The position numbers were made by a program, and so were the translations under genes. A DNA stretch of 55,999 nt, the filler included, from Sphacelaria rigidula (lineage: Eukaryota), in the NCBI GenBank assembly GCA_964200075.2. It is 6 parts of 6 records of this genome, joined end to end, with 100 filler letters (N's around TTAATTAATTAA, not from the genome) between each part and the next. Parts side by side here need not be neighbours in the genome. Positions count along the whole stretch, not along the records: positions 46,751 to 55,999 come from CAXNAA020008926.1; 5 more parts are not named here. One strand, given 5' to 3'. Positions 49,641 through 55,999 of this stretch are shown one piece after another. The notes beneath the pieces were generated by a model. That model was given only the letters and a program-made list of their open reading frames with translations. It was not told the origin of the DNA and searched no databases. Numbering within the stretch: the first letter of the stretch is position 1; the number at the start of each line of letters is the position of its first letter.

Positions 49641-51506
49641 TGCAAAAGGTAAGAAGGCGAGAGGTGAATGTCTGACCAATGCCGACGGTGTGCCGGAGTG
49701 CTGCTTTTATGCACGATACCACGATCCCAGGCATGTACCGCGGGAGTGACGGATTTCTGCCTTGAGACTGCAGACTCGTCCAGGGAATGGGAAGATAAAT
49801 TTTTATCTTTGCACCACCGTTTGTCTCACGTGTGCGTCGTGCATATGCACTGTAATCCCCCTGTTGGTGTCGTTTTATTAGTCGATATGACGATATGCTG
49901 CCCCTACATGCACCAACGTTCAATAGCAAAAAAAGCCGAAAAAGCGACGATCACAAGAATATGCGCACTTCGCATCAATCGTCAGGGTCTCCAATTGTGG
50001 CAGTACGTGGTTGACGACCGCCTGATCTCCTGGAGAAGATGATGGGTTTGTTCGACACCGCACGTACATGTTGAGTACAGTAGTGGTCGGCCCATCCGCT
50101 CTTATTGCAAGCATGATAGGAGACACTACGACTGCAGAGATGATCTATGTCCTCTATCCTCTCACGGCAAAGGCAGACGTTGTTCCTTCATGTCTCGACT
50201 TGCAGGAATGGAAAAATACTTCTGCGGAGGAGATCTATAAAGGCTCCATAGTCAAAGAGTTCAGTCTTTATGAAAAACTACGAGATCTTGCCGGAGGAGT
50301 GACCGCGTACACGAATCAGTGTGCGAAGTGGTGTATTGGCATACACGGACGTGAATAAAAGGTTTCGCGGTCAAACGGTTACCCCAAACGCAATGCGGTC
50401 GCGTGACTATCTAGCTGGTACATATTTGAAATCTTGAACCTGTTAGGGCGGGGGTAGGTGGAAAGGTGTCCAACAGATACAATTCTGCACGCTTTCTCGT
50501 CCAGGAGTATTTGATGCTTCTTGCTTAAAACAGTGGGACGTGTGTAGCATGTTTTCCCCCACACGGAACTCAACGCGGTGCGATGGTACTGATCCAATCT
50601 GCAAGACCAAAATGTTGGTCATGGACGCGGGGCGAGGGAAGATAGGCTGATCTGCCGGGACCACAAGCTCGCCTCGACGAAGATTCGGGGTTAGAAGTAT
50701 GGCGGCGATGCAAACGCGCTGAACGTACAACGGTCCCTGACGGTAGCCATCGTCCTAACGTACACGAGATGAAACGCAATTGAAGCACTCGCTGGAGGGG
50801 CGCGAAAAAGGCAGAAGGAGGTACAACAGGCAAACAGAGTAGAAGAGGAAACCACTCTTATGCCCAACCGCAGAAAACAAAAAGGCGTGAGAGCAGATTG
50901 CGGTCCATCTACTATGATATCCCTATTGTGGGTACGAACCTCGCATCCATGGACCCTACGGAAGCGAGGTACCAAACTGCTATTACTGTCGCTCACCGGC
51001 AGGAAAGACCGCATGCACAGAGGGAAAGATGGGAAAGAAAGAGAGAACAGAGGAGGAGATTACCAAAGTGGTTCAACCCAAAAGGCACAAAACAGTAGAG
51101 CACGTGCAAACAAACGCACACCAGGGCGCACGGCAGAACTACCGAGAGAGGGAAGCCAAAATCAGCAACGGATAGGGACGGAGAGGGGTCTTCGATTGGT
51201 AGCTCTCGACGCAGCAGCCTCTCGTTAGTGACGGCGGTTCGAGTCTCGTTCGTGTTCACGTCGCCATGTGTCCTCGAACTGAAAAGCTAGAAACTCATCT
51301 ATACCACCACTAGTGGATATTGGTACTCGTCTTGAAGCATCAGGCGTCATGTAGCGCCAGTATCTGTCGAGAGGGTGGTGATTCAGGCATTGAAATGTGG
51401 AGAATACGACTCACCAAGTCAAAACCATGTGGGCAACAGCGGACTATTGTTTCCCCCCCTCCCCCCCGCCCCGCCTGCCCCGACAAAAACTCAGGGGGTA
51501 ATACAG

Positions 51507-51596
51507 GCGTATATTGATGCAGTGGACAATTTGTTGGCGGCTGGCGTGAAGGGAAAAATTCTCATAGCAAGCGTGGGATCTTTGAAGGCTCTGCCG
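51507..51596 (+). CDS. GDSL/SGNH hydrolase, probable internal exon
   Basis: cag|AYIDAVDNLLAAGVKGKILIASVGSLKALP|gtaag resembles the GDSL 'L...GAR.ILV.N.P.LG..P' segment; an alternative acceptor exists at 51495. Its phase does not join directly to the next identified exon, so another exon is implied. Confidence 0.6.
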
Positions 51597-52479
51597 GTAA
51601 GCCATTAAGCTCTGTCACCAGGATCGGTTTTTATGATCTGCTTTATTTTGTTGGGGCTGTCCTTACGCAGGGGGGTCGGTGTAAGGGCTTGTCATTCTGG
51701 GGTGAGGCTTGGATGTTTGTTTTGGACTTTGGTTCTGAGGGGTTTGGTACACATTATGAAAACTGCGGGGAGACGAACAAGTTACAACGGCTGGTGAGTT
51801 CTCGTGGATAATCGATGACACCATTCGTTTTTGGTTAATCTTTCGACCCTTCCCCTCCCTCGGCACAAACCTCTGCTCTTACTGAACCAACCTGTCTCTA
51901 CCAGTACACGCCTCGCTTTATTTGGCATCGCGGCTGAATCAACACTCCCGCACCGCTTGAATTTTCGAAAAACTCACGTCCCTTGCTACTCATACGCTAC
52001 CGTTTTTCAACGACGGAAATTGGATACTTCTCCCAGGAAACCCCAACTATATTTGCCAAGAACGGAACCCTCGCTCTTTCCACCTGATTCACTTCAGTAG
52101 AACCTATTTAACCGGTAGGGTGATGCGGCGCTACATGGTTTCACCTGACGCTGCCAGATGAATCGTGGTCGATCTCCCCTATTTTTCCTCCTGGTTTCTG
52201 CGGGCTCGGTCACGCTTATGTCAATCCATTCATCCATAAATGCTCACGCCGATTCTTATAGCTGAACTCTGAGCACCAAACACATATCATATGGCATCAC
52301 GAACCTTTCGATTAATGGTGTTTTTATTTTTTTTTCTTCGCCGGACATCGAGGGTCCCAGGATCCTGGGGAGTCACATGACCTTCTGGGACCCCCGACGA
52401 ACAGCGGAAGAAACATTTATCCAAGAAACACCATATATATATATCGAACGTTTCGTAGTGCTCCATGGTATTCGTGTAC

Positions 52480-52925
52480 AAAACACGAGATTTTCCAAAC
52501 TGGGGATGAGCTTTTATTAAGGATGAAAACCCGGAGAATTAGATTCTTTGTATTCACACCATACCTTCGAAATATAGTTCCACTCCGTCACCTCCTAGTA
52601 GCTATTGACAACAACTACACATCATACGAATTTAGATCCTGATAACCCACATGTCGGGGTCCCAGGTGAAGGAACAATGTTGGGGACTTCAGATGATCCG
52701 ATCAGATCGCCGAAATTCCCCCAAAATGTTTTTTCACCTAGGACCCCAACAGTTCGTTTATCGGATTCCAGAATTGTATCGCGTGTAGTAGTTGTCGCTA
52801 GCTACCAGCAAGTGAAAAAATGAAACCATATCTCGAAGATTTGTTGTGGATAAGAGTCATCATTTTATTTTCCGGGTTCTCATCCTCAATAAAAAAACCT
52901 ATCCCGTTTTCGTGAAATCCTGGGT
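52480..52925. mobile_element. Diverged palindromic MITE in GDSL intron
   Basis: ggatgaaaacccggagaat...cttcgaaatatagttcca is inverted to tgaaaccatatctcgaag...attttccgggttctcatcc; inner ggggtcccaggtgaa / ttcacctaggacccc. Confidence 0.65.
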
Positions 52926-53869
52926 TACAAACTGTCAGATTCTAACTTCAAGAACCGGCGTGAGCAATCGTTCCTTTCGGCCATGACGTGAGCTTGAAAG
53001 TTACAAACTCCTGACTATTTGGTTTCAGTGTCGAAACCACTTTTTCGGATACATTCGATATTACCACATTCCATCACTGTTTCGAGGTACGCAGCGAAAC
53101 GTTTGTACGATATTTTCCTGGACTACCCAGGGACGGGTGCATCTTATATGTTCTACTTCGAGTCATGATGTACCGACTTCCTTGGGTCTTCGCACGGGGA
53201 ACGCTGGAGGTCGGAAAAGACCGTAGAAACTTTAGCTGTTCCAGGAAGACTCTTGATTGTTTTCAGCACTACCCTTGTTTCCATTTGAAGCAGCGACGCC
53301 TACTGATTTGCCACTTTTCAGGACTGTTGGAAATGTTCTAGCAGATATCAAGGAAACCATCAGGAGTCCTTCTGGGGCTTCGGCGCATAACGTCAGTGGG
53401 AATCTGACGACGCCGAAACCTCACATCACCGCAATATCACGGGTTTGAGTAAAATTATATTCCAAAGACACTGTTTCCAAATATATTTTGTACATTAGAT
53501 TCCTGATCTGATGGATACTGTGAAGCATGTGGAGGTTAGGTGCTAGTTGTGCTGAAAATTCGTGTTTTTGATCAACAACTGAACAATTTTTAGGCCGCTG
53601 ATTACTGGAGACATATTTCGTCTTTGGTGCCACCGTTGTGGACTTTAACAAAAATCCGGCTCCGTCACCCACTTGATTGAGTTGACCATGGTGATCAGTA
53701 TGATATAATATTTACGACTATTGGGTAGAAGCTGCCACAGCCATTTGCTAATGAGTGAATGTTGGGTCGAATCATGGACCAGCTCGAATCGGCTTTCGGT
53801 CTCTCTAGCCATGGTGTTGGTTGTCGTTGCCGTCGTCGTTGACTTCGTTGCTGTTTGTCGAACACGCAG

Positions 53870-53942
53870 GGATTCGATTGAGCTTACTCAGTCAGGCGTT
53901 GATCTGATTACCGCCTGCCAAACACATGCCGCAGTTGGTCTG
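53870..53942 (+). CDS. GDSL/SGNH hydrolase, probable exon
   Basis: cag|G-DSIELTQSGVDLITACQTHAAVGL|gtgcg; ends in phase 0, compatible with the next exon. Confidence 0.5.
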
Positions 53943-54049
53943 GTGCGTGATATTCCGTACTGTTTCACTGTTCATTTTGTTTCTCTCGCTTTATATGATT
54001 CCGTATGTGTTTTGGATTTGTGTATTTCCCACCCACTGTTCCTTCGTAG

Positions 54050-54175
54050 AGTTTCGCAGGCACTGCGATGGGATTATACCTGGACGAGGTCACTTCTGCC
54101 CTGCGCAATGCCACTCTGGACGCGTTCGATTGGTACTCGCAAGTGCGATTTCTCGACGCCTACTCATTGTTCGCG
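54050..54175 (+). CDS. GDSL/SGNH hydrolase exon
   Basis: tag|SFAGTAMGLYLDEVTSALRNATLDAFDWYSQVRFLDAYSLFA|gtgag. V.F.D.YSLF is typical of GDSL proteins. Confidence 0.8.
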
Positions 54176-54619
54176 GTGAGTACAAGTCACTTTGCCCAGC
54201 GGCGGCATTCGATGAGAGTAGCATACAACATTCATCCGTGCTTATCATACAGTACCGCAGATACCTGCATGGTTGTCATGAGACTCAGACATGGTGCTAG
54301 ATTCCTGTCACACAGCTCTGGCTGCTCAGAGCTGTAGGCAGCGATACGGGGTGTTGGCTCTCATGCATTCGTTTCAACCTTTGTGTGGGTAGTTTGGGCT
54401 CCCCATGCGATCGTTTATGATGCGTCCTCTCTCGGAGACGCATCTAGCCACCTCCTCCTACGTAGTAGTCAATTCCTGCCGGGTCCAGATCCCCCACACG
54501 AATTCGCACTTTCAAAGTTGCCGCGTAGTCCATTGGGTCGTGCGAATATGTATATTTTTCCTCAATCCGCCTAGTCCGGCGGAAACCCGGCGTGCTCCAT
54601 TCCGGCTTTGTAGGGACGA

Positions 54620-55105
54620 ACCCCCCATGGGTTTGGCGTCGGTCGGCAGTGACGCTGTAAAACACGCCACTCACTGCATAAGCTAGGCAACCGGGTTACC
54701 GATGGTTTCGCGGTAACCATGATGGTGGCCGAGCCAGATTTTATTGTGCGAGGTGGGATAACCTCGATTCCGCGCTAAGGAGGTGATTATACTACGTATT
54801 CTTTAAATAGTAAGACACCAATGAGACCGTGTGTAAGCCGTGGTTGTCTCTGGAAGTGGCGATACCAGAAAATGAAGCAACTCACTCATTGGAGGCTTTC
54901 ATCCAAATGCAAGATAGTCAGTGCGAGCAGGATGCACCTGACCCTGTGTACGACTCGCCGATCATATCACGACGCTTTGCGCTAGGTGCTTGATTGCGGG
55001 ACTGGTCCGGCGAAAGCCCAGTGTGCTTGGTCCCGGCTTTGTAGGGATGCGAGGTCCGTGGTCATATGACTATGGCATGCAAGATCATGAGTGCATCCCC
55101 CCGTC
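54620..55105 (+). mobile_element. Family A element, copy 3, in GDSL intron
   Basis: Co-linear with 17482-17990; ends gtagggatgcgaggtccgtggtcatatgactatggcatgcaagatcatgagtgcatcccccc. Confidence 0.85.
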
Positions 55106-55211
55106 CCCCGCCTGCCACCCATCCTGACTCCACCTTACTCACTCCTCCGTTCTTCCACACACACACACCCCTCCCCCCTGTGTTTTGATCTACCTGCACA
55201 ATCGCAATCAG

Positions 55212-55577
55212 GCAATCGTCGACGACCCCGAGATCATTACGAACGAGGGTTTCTCGTCGAATACTTCGGCCTGCCTGAGCTACAACTTCACGATTGATTA
55301 CACCGCAAATATCATGGGCACCCAGGCCAATCGCTCGTCCACCTGCGCTGGGGAGTGCCCCTTATGCGTGGACAGTGTCTCGCCGTGTCAACAGTGTATC
55401 ACGGAGAGCCCGTCCACCTCCGTGTGCGATGATGCCGACACGCGGATTTTCTGGGACCTCTATCATCCCACAACGAACTTTCACGCGCTTCTCGCTGAGG
55501 CTACATACCAGTGTGCTCAAGACGCCCCGGATTACGCTGTTGCTTGGGTACAAGTACTTTGCCCCGACGCTGAATGA
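55212..55577 (+). CDS. GDSL/SGNH hydrolase, terminal exon with catalytic DxxH block
   Basis: cag|AIVDDPEIITNEGFSSNTSAC...VCDDADTRIFWDLYHPTTNFHALLA...CPDAE*. FWD..HPT is GDSL block V. Confidence 0.88.
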   Translation, partial: AIVDDPEIITNEGFSSNTSACLSYNFTIDYTANIMGTQANRSSTCAGECPLCVDSVSPCQQCITESPSTSVCDDADTRIFWDLYHPTTNFHALLAEATYQCAQDAPDYAVAWVQVLCPDAE

Positions 55578-55999
55578 ACCCCGCGGAGCTGGGTGGAAAC
55601 CTGCGTCCACGGCCTTCTTTGTTTTTCGTTATGTTTCGCTTGATGTTGAGCACCCTTCTTACCTGTGGTCATGCAGCAGGGGCCGGTCATTCGTTTCATT
55701 TTTTGCATGTACCAGGATCGGTACTGCATCCCTCATATTGGTGTATATGTCGTTTTTCTTTTCTTCTCCTTTTCCCCTCCTTCCGTTCCTTACCCCTCCT
55801 TCCTCTCATCTTTACCTGTTTGATTATTGAGCACTTTCTCGTTTCTCGCGTTAACCGTTGGACCGCAGGGGTAGTCCATCTGGATCATGCGTACTTTTCT
55901 CAAGTGAAATTGATGCCGAGTCACCAGTAAGGGCTGAATCTTGTACTCAGCGCGCGGGTCTGTATGAAATAGAGGTCGTGGACCTGTGTTGTTGTTCTT

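Noticed and set aside
14964-55577. Functional cluster of LOV photoreceptor, GT8 and GDSL genes
   Set aside because: Each gene is on a different unlinked contig.

Overview
Eukaryotic, repeat-rich, intron-rich DNA, most likely from a brown alga (Phaeophyceae); this is inferred from an aureochrome-type LOV gene and an EsV-1-7 repeat gene. The window is not one locus. It is six unrelated contigs of about 9.25 kb (1-9251, 9352-18601, 18702-27951, 28052-37301, 37402-46650, 46751-55999) joined by N44-TTAATTAATTAA-N44 linkers. Recognisable genes: (1) a minus-strand EsV-1-7 Cys/His repeat protein with about 18 uninterrupted 38-aa units and one frameshift; (2) four exons of an aureochrome-like LOV photoreceptor; (3) three exons of a GT8 glycosyltransferase resembling plant IPUT1; (4) the 3' exons of a GDSL/SGNH hydrolase. 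The rest is LINE relics, a tRNA-derived SINE family, several palindromic MITEs, tandem repeats and microsatellites. The most interesting signals are the modular EsV-1-7 array with a localized variable patch in each unit, and a non-autonomous element that shares its 3' tail with a LINE, ends in poly-C, and lies in sense orientation just upstream of 3' splice sites in three unrelated genes. All family assignments come from motif recognition by eye; no database search was run.
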